64,000 nt of DNA, from assembly GCA_051294375.1 (NCBI GenBank), contig CM119263.1, forward strand, positions 23,462,762 to 23,526,761, given 5' to 3'. Of the stretch, positions 1 through 13,715 are shown piece by piece. Every line of letters starts with the position of its first letter. The first letter of the stretch is position 1. Made by a program: the position numbers and the translations under genes. This stretch comes from Paraspadella gotoi. Taxonomy: Eukaryota; Animalia; Chaetognatha. A model generated the notes under the pieces. The model was not told the DNA's origin. It saw only the letters and a program-made list of their open reading frames with translations, and ran no database searches.

Positions 1-3000
1 GGTGCGTGAAATGGGTTGAGAATGTGAGTTGGTGATATTGCGAGAGAAAATAGGGTTTGATGAGATAAGGTTGAAGTAAAGTTCATTCAGAGGGCCAAGG
101 CGAATGTATAGATGCAGTGAACCGTAGATTGGTGATAAACGTTCGCAAAAAAGAAATGATAACTACTCGGTTTGGATATCATTTAAAATGATTTAATATA
201 TTTTTTTTACTCCATTTTTTATTTATCTCTAATAGATTTAATTATATTTTTTAAAATAGCATTTTTTCTGTAAGTCCATCTGGTCGGCTTTACGATCATA
301 ATCTCAGTGTACGTACTACGTACACTGCACCTATCGTCATCATCAAGATTCCAACCTTCTCTCTTCCGCATTTTAGCGAAGAAAAAAATGTTCCCCTGAC
401 AGCGAAGAAATATCGCGACTCGAGACAGCGCCCCTCTCCTTCATTCGGAATAAAAAACGATCGCCGGAAAAATTTTAATAACCGACCGAAAACTCTTCGC
501 CGATTATTAACGTCCGACTCTTGGGTGAATCATCGACGCCGCCCGACGCCGCGCGACGCCGCGCGACGCCAACCGACGCCGACGTTATAGACCGGAAGTG
601 GAAGGGAACGCCGAACGACGCCGTCCGACGAAAAAGCATTAGGGACATTTTAGACGCGTCTGTCGTTTTCTTTTTGGAAACGGGGGTGTGGAAGGGGTTT
701 GGGAGGGGGGTATGGAAGAGGGAGTTTGGGAGGAGAAGAAAAAGTTGGGAGGACATTTCGAAAAAGAGAAAATCTGTGAAGGAAAATGGACAGATGGAAG
801 CAATGTTGGAAGGACGGGATGGATGGATGGATTGATGTCGAAAAATCGTGACCCAAAAAAAAAGAAGAAGAAAATCTCGAGGTTCTCGTCGACAAAAAGA
901 CGACGACTGAGATGGAGATAAAAAAAGAAAAGGAAAAAAAAGGAGAAAAGAAAAGGCGAAGGAAAGAGCCTTAATTTTCCTTTCTTCTTTCGGATGATAA
1001 AGAGAAAAAAAAAAAGGAAAGAAGAATAAGAAGGAGGAAAAAAAAAAAGGCTCCGGTCAGCGAAAAAATAACCTTTCCAAACTTCGACGTTCTACTTTTC
1101 TGTCCCTCCACCACCGACGCCATCGCCGACCAACGCTATGAAGAACCGAACTCCGAAACCCCTTTTCTACCCGGGCCACCACAACCACCACACCACCATC
1201 CCTTAACCACCTTCTCTATCAAGAAATCCTCCTTCGCGAATCTGATTCAGTTTCGATTTAAGACCCGCGGAGGCAGAGTCCTCGCTATTTCCGCCCGTTT
1301 TTATCCGGCAATAACGAGAGTTTCGGCCGAATCAAACGCCGATAGCGGAATCGTAAAGGGGGCCCTCGACGGTCTATTCGTCGTCGTCGTTGTCAACGTC
1401 GTTGGCGTCGAAGGGTCGTTGTCGTCGTCATCGTCGTTGCCATCGATGTCATTGCCTTTGTCGTTAGAAATTCCGCTGTCGTCTGTCGCGTATATAATGA
1501 GACATGAAACAAACTATCTTTTTCTCCTTTCACTCTTTTTTTTCTTTTTGTCCCGGATTTCTTTCTTTTTTTTATCAAATTGAAAAGAAAAACAAGAGGA
1601 GAAAAGAGAGAAAAGCAAAGAGAAAAAAAANNNNNNNNNNNNNNNNNNNNNNNNNNNNNNNNNNNNNNNNNNNNNNNNNNNNNNNNNNNNNNNNNNNNNN
1701 NNNNNNNNNNNNNNNNNNNNNNNNNNNNNNNNNNNNNNNNNNNNNNNNNNNNNNNNNNNNNNNNNNNNNNNNNNNNNNNNNNNNNNNNNNNNNNNNNNNN
1801 NNNNNNNNNNNNNNNNNNNNNNNNNNNNNNNNNNNNNNNNNNNNNNNNNNNNNNNNNNNNNNNNNNNNNNNNNNNNNNNNNNNNNNNNNNNNNNNNNNNN
1901 NNNNNNNNNNNNNNNNNNNNNNNNNNNNNNNNNNNNNNNNNNNNNNNNNNNNNNNNNNNNNNNNNNNNNNNNNNNNNNNNNNNNNNNNNNNNNNNNNNNN
2001 NNNNNNNNNNNNNNNNNNNNNNNNNNNNNNNNNNNNNNNNNNNNNNNNNNNNNNNNNNNNNNNNNNNNNNNNNNNNNNNNNNNNNNNNNNNNNNNNNNNN
2101 NNNNNNNNNNNNNNNNNNNNNNNNNNNNNNNNNNNNNNNNNNNNNNNNNNNNNNNNNNNNNNNNNNNNNNNNNNNNNNNNNNNNNNNNNNNNNNNNNCCT
2201 TATCTTTTTCTCTCCCCTTCGATATTTTCGATTTGGGATTTCCACAAATGACGCCGCCCTCACCTCCTCTCCGCGCCCCCCCACATCGAATTCGCTTAGC
2301 GGCGACGGGACTCGTAACGCGGCGCTCCGACGAAGCGGCGTTACGATTCGACGCCGGTTCGGGCAGCGACGCCGCCGCTGTCGCTACCGCCACGGCGCCG
2401 CCGCCGCCGCCGTCGACGACGACGACGTGATGGCGTCACGTGACGTCAAGAAGGTCTGATGATGGAAAATTCAAATCAACGTAACCCCGAGGGTCAAGAC
2501 GAGGGCCGCTGCCCACGGGGGCTCATTAATGGATCATCGCCGCCGACAACAACTGTGCGAACGGGTGTGCGAACGGCTGTGCGAACGGCTGTGCGGTTTT
2601 GAGCGAACGAAAGAGAGTAACAGAGGTGGGAGATCCAAGGGAAAAAAAGAAATAAAACAGTTCAAATCCCTCACCCTCTCCGCGTTGGGAAAATTTCCTT
2701 GGCCATAAATGATAAAATTACAATTTAAAGTTTGCCAATGCTCGAGTATATAATACGTTGAGGCCACATGATTATGAAAATAATTTGCCGTCACTTCTAT
2801 TTAATTTTTTTTTTCACTCTCGACTTTTCAAAGACTTTATAGTTGCGGGCGTCGAGCGGCGCCCTGCGGTGGAACCGGCGATTGGGACACCTGCTTCGCG
2901 CGTTCAAGGCGTTGTAAAAAAAAATGGCAAGTAGGTGGGTCCGTATCCATAGATTTACAGCACACAACAAAGTAATATAAGAAAAGGAAGGATGGAATTA

Positions 3001-3372
3001 ATATAGATTTCTCGTAAGACCAAGATTTTGTAAAGAACAGCAAGACTTTTTAAATTAATTCCTTAGTCTAAAATAACTTACTTTATAGCGTCTTATAGTC
3101 TCAGATTTGCGCAAACCAAATCTTAACTTAACCTGGAATACAACGTTAATACCAGTGCAGTACGACCACTGCGACTTACAAACTTGGCAAAGTTGATTCC
3201 GCAAAAAGCCATGCCGGGCCGGAGTCGGCAAGATCCGGCAAGTTCCGGTAACTAGTTTCTTGCAAAGAGCGAAAAAGCGTCGGAAATTCAGACCAAGAGG
3301 AACTGATTGATTAGAAGAATAGAGAAAAAAAAGGGAAGAAAAAAATAATAACCTGAGAGAGGAGAGAGAGCC
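1..3372 (+). repeat. Direct duplication, copy 1 (copy 2 at 6491-~9780)
   Basis: Colinear match starting GGTGCGT..GGGTTGAGA at positions 1 and 6491. Copy 2 spans the 1631-2197 N-gap of copy 1. Differences are mostly 1-bp indels. Confidence 0.9.
2554..2596. repeat. 12-bp tandem repeat (TGTGCGAACGGS)x3.5
   Basis: Directly visible in the sequence. Confidence 0.85.
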
Positions 3373-3379
3373 ACGGTGA

Positions 3380-6020
3380 TCTGAACGATCCGTAAATTCT
3401 AGCACTTATAGGCTGTGGTCTGACATTACCAACGAAGCAAATCAGTAATCTGGCATTGCGGTTAGGAACTCAGCCTGTGTGGGTTTCGGTACGCTACTAT
3501 AAACTGCGTAAATCGGATCGCTGCGTTGGTCGACATAGTTACGACCACTATGAATCAAATCATAAGATCTGAGCATTGCGGGTGTACGACCGTCTTACTC
3601 GGACTAAGGCGATACTCAGAATCTTGGCGAGCCTGCGGGTCGAACATGATTACCCAGCTCTGAACGGAAATCCTCATAAATCTAGGCGCATTGCTGGTAG
3701 ACACGCCAAGACGAGACTAACGGAACTCCGTATAGATCTGTAGGCACGTCTGTGTCGCAGTGAGCACTCATCTCACAAATGCCGTAAGATTTTGATTGCT
3801 GGGGTAGACAGGACCCGACATTACACTTCTTGTAAAGCTGGCGCTATGGGGTCTGCACATGCCATCCAATGAATCGTGAAGTCTAGTCCCTGCGGGGTCA
3901 ACATGCCATATGCTAAACTGTCGTAAGTCTGGTATGATGGGGCCTAACGCGCTACTCAGACTAATCCGAACTTGGACTGTGTAGACATCGCGCACTACAA
4001 CTCCGGTAAAATGCTGGTACAGGCTGAGCTTTGAGGGATCAACACGCCCTCTTACATACTGAACTGCATCTTAAATCTGGTCTACTAAGCGCGTGGTCAA
4101 GCATACCACTCTATACAATTCGTAAGACGGACTGGTGGTATACGACGCCATCTAACTTCAGTATCCTGGCGACCTTGTTTGCGTGGTCGAGCATTACATC
4201 ACATTCAACGAAATCCGTTATACCTGGCCGGCTGGTACAAACCGCCCACCACTACTCCGTAAATTGGCACGCAGCGTGTGATGCATCCCTCCACTCAACA
4301 ATCCGATTAAATCTGGGCTTGCTGGTAAACACGCCCATCCCTACTTCACTTCCTAAACTGCACCTGGTGCGTGGCGACATCCGCCACGGCAACAAATGCC
4401 ATAAAAAATCTGGCATTGCTGGGTAGCACGGCCCACCTACAAACATCGCGTAATCTGGACCTGACGATCGGATCGGTGTACGGAACCCACCAACAAATCC
4501 ATAATATCTTGCATTGCTGGTTAGACACGTCTACACGTGACAACTAACGGTAAATTCTGCACCTGTGCGTGGTCGACATACACCACCAACATAATCGTTA
4601 GAAATTTGAGCATCAGTAGACACGCCGTCCATATATGAAAATCGTAGTGGTACGAAAATATAACAGGGCTTGCAGCTACTTGAAGTGCAAGAACGACTAC
4701 ACTGATATTGTAACTTAAAGATGTACGGAAAATATCACCTCGCTATCAGCCAGAACGCTAACTATATGAAAAAAAATATCAGACACGGCCAGCTATCGGC
4801 CAAGAACGACTAACACCTATATGCACCTAGTAGTGGTGGATAACGGAAAAATATCACAGAGCCCTCGCTTCGAGCCAGAAAGACAATTATTCATCTTCAG
4901 TAGGATGACGGAAAATATCACTAGGTCGCTAATCAGATCCAGAACGCCACACTTACTAACTCTGTAATCTGGCACCATCTGGGCGACAACACCACCAAAC
5001 AGATTCCGTAAATCTGGTACCATGGCGCGTGTCAACAGTTGCCAACTGACAACTTCCGTGAAATAGGTATGATGGGCGATAACGCCACAGCTCCGTAACC
5101 TGGCACTAGGTCTGGTAATCACGCCACCCAACTCCGAATGGTACCGAGGATCAACAGCCCTACCTAACAACTATAAATTGCACGTATTCGCGTGTGACAT
5201 ACCCAGCAAGATCCGAAACCTGGCACTGCTGAATAAACACGCCCACCTAACACTGCCGATTCCAACTCCGTAAATCTTGAGCACCTTGAGCTCGTGGTGT
5301 CGACATAACACCCACCTACAATCCGTAACCTGCGACTGCTGGGTAGTTACGCCCACCTATCTAACTCGTAAATCTGCACCGGCGGTGGTCGTGACATACC
5401 CACTCTTAACAAATCCATAAATACTGCATTGCTGGTAGTACACACACATCTACAACTTCCCGTAAATCTGGACGGTCGCAGTTGTCTAAATGCCACAGCA
5501 CAAATCTAATCGGCATTTGGCTGTAAACACGTCCACATACTCCTGAAATGCGGCACCGCGGGTCGACATACCCACAACTAAATCCCATTAATCTGGCATT
5601 TGCTGTCAGAACACCCCACCTACACTCCGTAAATCTGGCAACCTAGATGTCATGGCGACATACTCAACCAACAATACACGTAAATTGGCATTGCCGTAGA
5701 GCACGCCACCTACAGTCGTTAAATCTGGCACCGAGGGGTCGACACACCCACCACAGAATACAGTAATCTGTACCGAGGCGGGGGTCACAACCCAACTAAC
5801 AACTGCGTAAACTGTACTAATGGGCCGAAACGCCACCAACAAATCCGAAACCTGGCACTGCTGGTCAGTAACACGCCACCTACAAACCTCCGTAAATCGT
5901 ACCTCGGGGGCAAACACGCCAACTACAACTCCGTAAATGACCCATGGCCGATTACGACCCAACCTATATACTGCTCGTGAATCTGGCACCGCGGGCGGAC
6001 TCACACTTACAACTCCAATA
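3380..6020. repeat. Degenerate 42-bp minisatellite with alternating A/B units (84-bp higher-order repeat)
   Basis: A recurrent core TCCGTAAATCTGGCA is followed alternately by ~CCGCGGGTCGACATACCCACCAACAA and ~TTGCTGGTAAACACGCCCACCTACAA (by-eye consensus, clearest at 5200-5900). Indel noise is heavy. Confidence 0.85.
4640..4955. repeat. Second short tandem repeat (~5 units of roughly 50-80 bp) embedded in the 42-bp array
   Basis: ACGGAAAATATCAC...CGCTATCAGCCAGAACGAC recurs near 4652, 4725, 4770, 4843 and 4908. Confidence 0.7.
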
Positions 6021-6490
6021 TACGCTTAAACAGCAACAAAGAAAGTCTACCACCGGCCTCGAAGCTCTCGCCATACATTCTCTCTTCTTGCCAATTCATC
6101 TAGTTATCCAACGAACATAAAGCTAATCATACCCATAGGAGTGCATATATATACACTTCCATTAGATCAACGCCCAACGCAATCCCTCGCAACACCACTT
6201 CACACCACACTTCCCACACTTCCCCACATCGCCCGGGCATCGCACCAACCATACGCTCCCTGTCAGTTGATTACAACGATTCCGCCTCTTCTCTCCTCGA
6301 TCTCCGTCGCGTCGGCGGCGTCGACATGGCCGTCGTCGGCCACCGAAGCACGTCCGAGCCGCGCCCAGCGCTTTCGAAACCGAGATGACCGTCAACGTTC
6401 TCGTCGCCTTACGAAATTATGACGTGAAGGCTCGAGTTGGCCGTACGGATACCGTTCAGGATGATTAAGAGGTAGGCGACGGAAACACTA

Positions 6491-7791
6491 GGTGCGTAAC
6501 TGGGTTGAGATTGGTGGTTATTGTAGCAGAAAATAAGGGGTGATGAGATAAGTGACGGCAAAGTTATTCAGAGGCAAGGCAATGTTAAGAGCAGTGAACC
6601 AGATTGGTATAACTTCGATAAAAGAAAGAAACTACTCGTTAGGATATCATTAAAATGAATTTCAATTCATTTTTTACTCTCCATTTTTATTATCTACAAA
6701 TATTTAATTATATTTGTGGATAAGAACGCTACGTGTGCTGAAGCTAACTGTCCTAACTTCCTAAACCCCTCAAGGCACCTGGACGGGTCATCGGGCTTGG
6801 GACAGGCTCAAGGGTTGCCATTGCCCGCAACGGGCGTATACGCGTCCTCACTGCTTCCCGCAGTAATACCTGTGAAGAACTACCACTAGTGTCATGAGTA
6901 TGGCTTTACTCAAGCCACCGTCACAATGAAAGTATCATGCATTCTAGCGCGGGGAACCTAGCAAGCCGACTACATTATCAAAATGTCATTTTTCTGTCCA
7001 TTTGGTCGCTTTAACGATCCTTTCATTACGACTACACTACGTACACTGCACCGAATCGTCATCATCAGACCCAACTTCTCCTCCATTTTGCGAAAAAAAA
7101 GTTCCCCTGAACAGCGAAGAAATAATCGCACTCACAAGGCGCCCTTCCCTCATTCGATAAAAAAACGGATCAGCCGGAAAAATTAAAACCGACCGAAAAC
7201 TCTCGCCGATATTAAACGTCCGACTCTTGGTATGATTCATCGGACCGCCCGACCCGGCTCGACGGCGCAACGACCCAACCGACCTCGAGTTGAGCCCGGA
7301 ATGAAGGGAACGCGAAGACGCCGTCCGACAAAAGCATTAGCGACATTTAGACGCTCTGCGTTTTTTTGAAGGGGTGTGATAGGGTTTTGGGAGGAGGTAG
7401 AAAGGAGTTGAGAGAAAAAAATTGGGAACTTCAAAAGAGAAAATCCTTGAGGAAAATGGACAATGGAACAATGTGGAAGAGGATCATGGATTATAGTCGA
7501 AAAAGCTGACCAAAAAAAGGAAGAAGAAAGAAACCTCGAGGTCTCTCGACAAAAAGACGACGATGAATGAATAAAAAAAAAAACAAAAAAAAGGAAAAGA
7601 AAGCGAAAGAAAAGCCTTATTTCTTTTTCTTCGGAGATAAAGAAAAAAAAAAAGAAAAAAATAAGAAGGAGGAAAAAAAAAAGCCGGTACGAAAAAATAA
7701 CCCTTCCAACTTCGAACTTCACTTCTGTCCTTCCACTAAACCGACACCATCCCGACGCAACGCTATGAAAGAACCGAACTCCGAAACCCCT

Positions 7792-7825
<34 letters not shown>

Positions 7826-9780
7826 TCTACCGCCACCACAATCCACCACAACCTACCTACCAACACAACCTTTCATCAAGCGTCTCTCGCGAATCTACAT
7901 CGATTAACCCCGGACAAGTCCCCGCATTCCTGTTCCGCCCTTTTATCGGCAAAACAAAGTCGGGGCCAATCAAACCCGATAGCGAATCGTAAAAGGAGGC
8001 CCTCGACGTCTATCGTCCGCGTTTCAACGTCGGCGCGGAAGGTCGTGCGGTCGGTCATCGGGCGGTTCAACGATTCATTAGGCCTTGCGTTAAATTACTG
8101 CTCGCGTGCGGGATATAATAACATGAAACAAACTATTTTTCTCCTTCACTCTTTTTCCTTTGGGCCCGATCTTCTTTACAATTAAGAAAAAAAAACAAGA
8201 GCGAAAAAGAGAGAAAACAAAAGAAAAAAAAAAAACCGCGGCTTCTTTCTCGGATCGACCTCGACCATTTGACCCGCAATCCATCAAACATGACCCCATT
8301 TCACGAAACGCATAACGCCGCCGGACCACCTACACGCCGAACCCTCCTAACACCCATCCCCGCGCCGCCCCCACGAAGAGCGTGACTCCCTCGGATCCAA
8401 CACTGGAATTTTCACTCATTTACTCACGTGAGTCAGGTCGCGAGCGCGAGTGCGTCGGGGTCTCGCTGCCCATACATAAGACCCACGCCCGATATCTTCG
8501 CAAACACACGCAACACGGCCGGAAACAAGGTGAAGAAAACCGAGAGAGAGAAGAAGAGGACAGAGAAAAGAGAAGGAGACAGAGAGAGAAACGAAAGAAG
8601 AAGAAAGAAGAGAGAGAGAGAGAATGAACTTTCTCACCCCCTCTCCAAAAAAAATCTTCTCTTCGGCTCGACAAGAAAAATCCAAGATTTTTTTGCCGTT
8701 CTCTCATCCTGTCTGTATTTCCTCTCCCCCCCCCCTCCAATTCTCCCCTCCGTCTCCTCTCATCAACCTTTCTCCCCCCTTAAAACTTTCTCTCCCCTTC
8801 GATATTTCATGTATTCAAATGACCCGGCCCTCACCTCTCGTTCGCCCCCACAAATCGAATCGCTAGCGCGGACGGACCGAACGCCGCTCCGAACAGCGCT
8901 TACATTCGACCCGGTTCGCACGACGCCGCTCAGCTACTGCCACGGCGCCGCCGGCCGGGGCCGGCGTCACACGACACTATCGCACGATCAAAGAGCGTCT
9001 GTGATAAATTAAACAAACTAATCCCGGGCCAAGGGTCAAAGACACGCCGCTGCCACGGGGCCATTAAAGATACGGTGGCCGCCAGACAACAACTGTAACG
9101 TGTGCAACGGGTGCGAAGCTGCTTTCGACGGAACAAAAGAGAGAACAGAGGGAGAATCAAGCAACAAAAAGAAAAAAAATAAAACAGTTAAATCCCACCT
9201 CTCCCGTTGGGAAATTTCCTGCCATAAAGATAAAATTAAAATTTAAAAGTCCAATCCGAGTATATAATAACGTGCACAGATTATAAAAATTTCAGCATTC
9301 TATTATTTTCACCCTCGACTTTTCATCAAAACTTATAGTGCGGCGCGAGCCGCGCTCTGAAGCATTGGACACCCTTCCCTCACGTGTAAAAAAAATGGCA
9401 ATATGCGTAACCAAATTACACACACAACAAAAATAAAGAAAAAAGGATGATTAATAAAATTCCTCGTAAGACCAAATCTTAAAAACAGCAAACTTAAATA
9501 ATCCTACAAAAAACTTACTTATAGCCTAATGTCCAGAGGCAAACAAATCTTAACTAACCTGAAAAACGTAATTACCATGCATGACGACCAACGGGGCAAC
9601 TACAACTTGCAAAGTTGATCCGCAAAAACCATCGGCCGGAGTCGCAAATTCGGCAAGTTCCGGAACTAGTTTCTCTGCAAAGACGAAAAAGCGTCAATTC
9701 AGACCAAAGGACTGATTATTAAAAATGAAGAAAAAAAGGTCAACAAAAAAAAAACTAAGAGAGAGAAGAAGAGAAGAGAG
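6491..9780 (+). repeat. Direct duplication, copy 2 of 1-3372
   Basis: Colinear with copy 1 but deletion-biased, with an unrelated ~260-bp insert at ~6715-6975. Confidence 0.9.
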
Positions 9781-10001
9781 AGAGAGAGAGAGGAGAGAGA
9801 GAAGAGAGGAGAGGAGAGAGAGAGAGAGGAAATGACAGAGGAAAAGAAAGAGCAAGAGGAGAGTGAAGAGAGTTTATCGCAGATTACTAAACGCCAACGA
9901 GAGCGCGACAAAAAAATCAAGATATCCACTCTTAGACCTAATAGAAATAAAAATCCGCCCGAGTCAATCATATAAGTCGCACCATCGCGGTTATGCAACC
10001 T

Positions 10002-10048
<47 letters not shown>

Positions 10049-10924
10049 AGAGAAGAGAAGAGAAAGAGGAAAGAGTACGAAAATACGACGAAAAAAAAAA
10101 TTCAAAACATAAACCCTCATACTGAGTACACAAACANNNNNNNNNNNNNNNNNNNNNNNNNAAATTCAAACATAAACCATCATACCTGTTACACAATAAG
10201 ACAAATAGGACTCCAGGTACGTTTAAAAAAAAATAAAAAAGAGAGAGTCAAAAACGTAAAAAAGTTTTAGGAGAGATTCTGGACGAAATTCCTCGGTACA
10301 AAAATTATTTTTCTTAACTGTTTTATCTTTACTGCATTAATTATTTAATATCCAATTTGATTTATCATGTTGCTTTTCAGAATCCACTTTGAAGACTTTG
10401 TCGAACCTGGGCTATAAAAGTCCTTTTAATTATAACTCTCTCCTTTTTTCTTGAATTCTCATCAGAGACAAAATCCAAAGTCCAAACACACTTTCCTGGT
10501 ATGATTATGGACCGGTTATGACATGATTTTAATAAGTTATTCATAAAATTATCACAGCATAAATAAATAAAATAAATAAATAAAATTACAGACGAAATAA
10601 AACCCCCAGCAATGTTTTAATTATTTACTCTGAAACTATGCAAGTACAACTTCTGTCCGTAAATACGTAAATTGCTTGTTTTAAATGTTATTAAACAATG
10701 CCTTCGGCTGTAAAGCTGGTTCATAACGATCTCTCATTTTCGAAACAAAAAATAATCGTAAAAAAGATACATATCTTCGAATTCGAGATATTTTTTACTT
10801 TCTTGCAGGACGAGACTCGCGCAGTCGAAATTGATACCGAAATTTGCGGCGTTCCTTTGGAAGACCCATTAAACCGTTCCCTTTGACAGTTTTAAAACGA
10901 CCGCTCTTCAAATCGGGTGCTATT

Positions 10925-10927
<3 letters not shown>

Positions 10928-11019
<92 letters not shown>
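10928..11019. repeat. (GA)n microsatellite
   Basis: Perfect dinucleotide run. Confidence 0.98.
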
Positions 11020-11021
<2 letters not shown>

Positions 11022-12338
11022 AAAATTCCCAATTGAATTGGATGAAAATTATTTCTCTTTCAGATCCTGTTCAAAGTTCGAATTTCGTGGCGTCGAAATT
11101 TTAACGAGGAACGCGGAGGCGGGGCTCGAGTTTGGGTAAATGAGGTCAGGACTGGTTTCAATCCAAAACATCGGGAGGTAAGTAATGACTTTGTTAGTTG
11201 ATAGACGATCATTGGGTTCTCTTGTCAAGTGGCTTTGAGAATAAAACCAAAGATGATAATTGTATTATGTGCTAGCGAAGGTCAAGGCTCTGATTCGAAA
11301 TGAACAAAGAAATATTTAGAGGATGATGACGACGACGACAATGACGACGACAACCACGTTGACCAGACGTGAGCTCTCTGGGTCATTTAACTCGACCACC
11401 CAAAACAGATATTGTTTTCAGTTATTGATTTTGCTTGACCTCATTCCTTGTCTAAAACTTTTCTAAAGAAAATATATTTACGATAATATGATTTTTTTAA
11501 TCTTCAGCTAAAGTTCTTATAATTTTTAAGAAAACCTTTTCAATGATTTATAAACTACAAATTTTCTCTACGTTTTAAACTAATGCACATATATATTTAA
11601 AGTCAAATTAGTCGAGATGCGACATGGAAAAAAAAACAACAAAAAACAGCGCCTCTTTCCCCCCCAAAAAAAAAATCTTGAGATTTAGCATCCGACCGAA
11701 ACCCCCGACCATTGACTAAATTATTGATGCCTCTTTCCGAAACTAGGGCACAGAATCAGGGCAAAAAGGGAGGCGCGGAAAAATAAAAACAAGGACGGAA
11801 ACACTCTCAATGAAAATAATAATCTTGGAAAAGTAGGCAATAGGCAATAGGCTAGAAAAAAAAAACCTGAAACATAATAACAATAATCGACCCTGAAAAA
11901 CCTCGATCACCAAAAACGCCTTCCAATTTCGTTAAAAGGGGGCGAAATTGGCGAGTGGCAAATTGCCAGTGGAAACCAAACCACTACTTGACTCATGACA
12001 AAATCGAGGTGAAAAGTGTTTCTCTTCTTTTTATAGAAATTAACCTACTAGGGGTTGCATGCTCCCAATTAATTTACTGATAAAAAGAATTGTTTTGCTA
12101 TGTTTAAAAAGAAACTAGTAAATGGTTAACACCAAAAACGAATGAGAACCAAGGAAGAGCGAATTGCGGATGATTACGAATGGCAAATGGCGAATGGCAA
12201 ATGCCGGGCGGCGATGCCACTATTTCATATGCATAACGGCATCGCGGCCAGCGTCGAAGGTGAACCCATAAATATGCAGCTCCCAATATATTCCTGCGCC
12301 GGGTAGTGGGAGAGAGAGAGAGAGACAGACCCCCGGTC

Positions 12339-12380
<42 letters not shown>

Positions 12381-12599
12381 GGACATGATATGTAATAGCG
12401 TGACGAGGTTTATTTCTCCACTGGGGAGTGATGACTGATAAGAGGGTTAAGATGAAGCGAAAAAAGTCACATTTAAAAAAAAAAGGTTTACTTGCAGAAT
12501 GTCACAATAGTATATAACAATAGAAAGAGAACAATTAGAGCAGAACACTGGATTCTGTAACTTTCGCTATACATACATCCCCATTTCTTTTCTAAAATA

Positions 12600-13672
12600 A
12601 AAAAAAGAACCCAATGTTCTGCTCCATATTTGGCATCGCCGGCTCCAGAGGCGCCGCGCGGAGCGTTTGTGGTCGCGGTTGTGCCGATAGGCAATCAATC
12701 GATGGCAGCCGAGCGTTGCATTAATAAATCAGGCAAAAGCCAGACTCAAATGGATTCCACTCGCCCAAATATCTAAGTCAGAAATCCGTGAGAGAGAGAG
12801 AGAGAAAAGAGATAAATAATAGAAGAGATAGAGAGCGAGAAAGAGAGAGAGAGAGCAGAATGAGAGAGAGAGAGAGAGGATAGATGAGAGAGAGAGATGA
12901 GAGAGAGAAGATAGAGATGAGAGGCAAGAGAAGGAGAGAGAGATGATGAGGAAAGGACAGTAGAACGCCGGGATAGGAGATTTCATGGAATCCGGGGTGT
13001 TTATTATTATTTATTGAGCCAAAGATGAAATAGTACCAGTTCAAAATCAGCCCCAATAACAAAATGAATAGAGGAGAACAACCAAATAAAAACGAAAAAA
13101 CGCAAACAAAACAGCAAAGAAACGCAATCTCGCTTACGGCTAATTTAAGGTGAGGCTACCTAAAACAGACGCGAAAGTGGAAGCAGATTCGACTCGCGCA
13201 AGCGTAGGAATTCCCGCGGTCGTGCGTGCGAGTTATAGAGAGGTGGAAGGAAACATGAGCGGTAGGGTAAGCGTGAGGCGGGTTTTAGAATGAGGACGGA
13301 GCAGCGAGTGAAAGAAGAACGGAAGCGCAGGGGAAGAAAGACTGCGTTGATGCTCTGATATTGCGATATTCTCTAACCATCCATACCGACTGGCGCCCTC
13401 GGGATTTCGAATGCATGGTGATTATGATTCTGCGATGGGTTGGGGCAGAGAGAGAGAGTACAAGAGAGAGAAGTATGTAATATAGAGTTAAAGGAGAGAA
13501 AAACAGAAGTAAGGAAGAGAGATAGAAAAAGGAAGACAAAAGAAAAGAAAAAAGGGGAGAGAGAAGGAAGGGAGAGCAGAGAGAGAGAATGGGAAAAATC
13601 GAACGCCACGGAAGTCGACTGATGATAGGAGAAAAAAGGGGCAGGGAAATGGAGACGAGCAGAGAGAGAAGA

Positions 13673-13715
<43 letters not shown>

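Noticed and set aside
1504-2430. Long ORFs of 220-310 aa
   Set aside because: Composed mostly of N-gap codons. The same applies to ORFs at 39818-40579, 47857-49845 and 63253-63782.
3380-6020. CRISPR-like array (constant 15-bp core with intervening sequence)
   Set aside because: The intervening sequences are not unique spacers but two alternating variants. There are no cas-like ORFs and the context is eukaryotic.
3380-6020. C2H2 zinc-finger array (84-bp period)
   Set aside because: No consensus frame gives a C-x2-C...H-x3-H pattern or TGEKP linkers.
6715-6975. Insertion polymorphism or mobile element in copy 2
   Set aside because: No TSD, terminal repeats or coding signal. It resembles a low-quality stretch of a raw long read.
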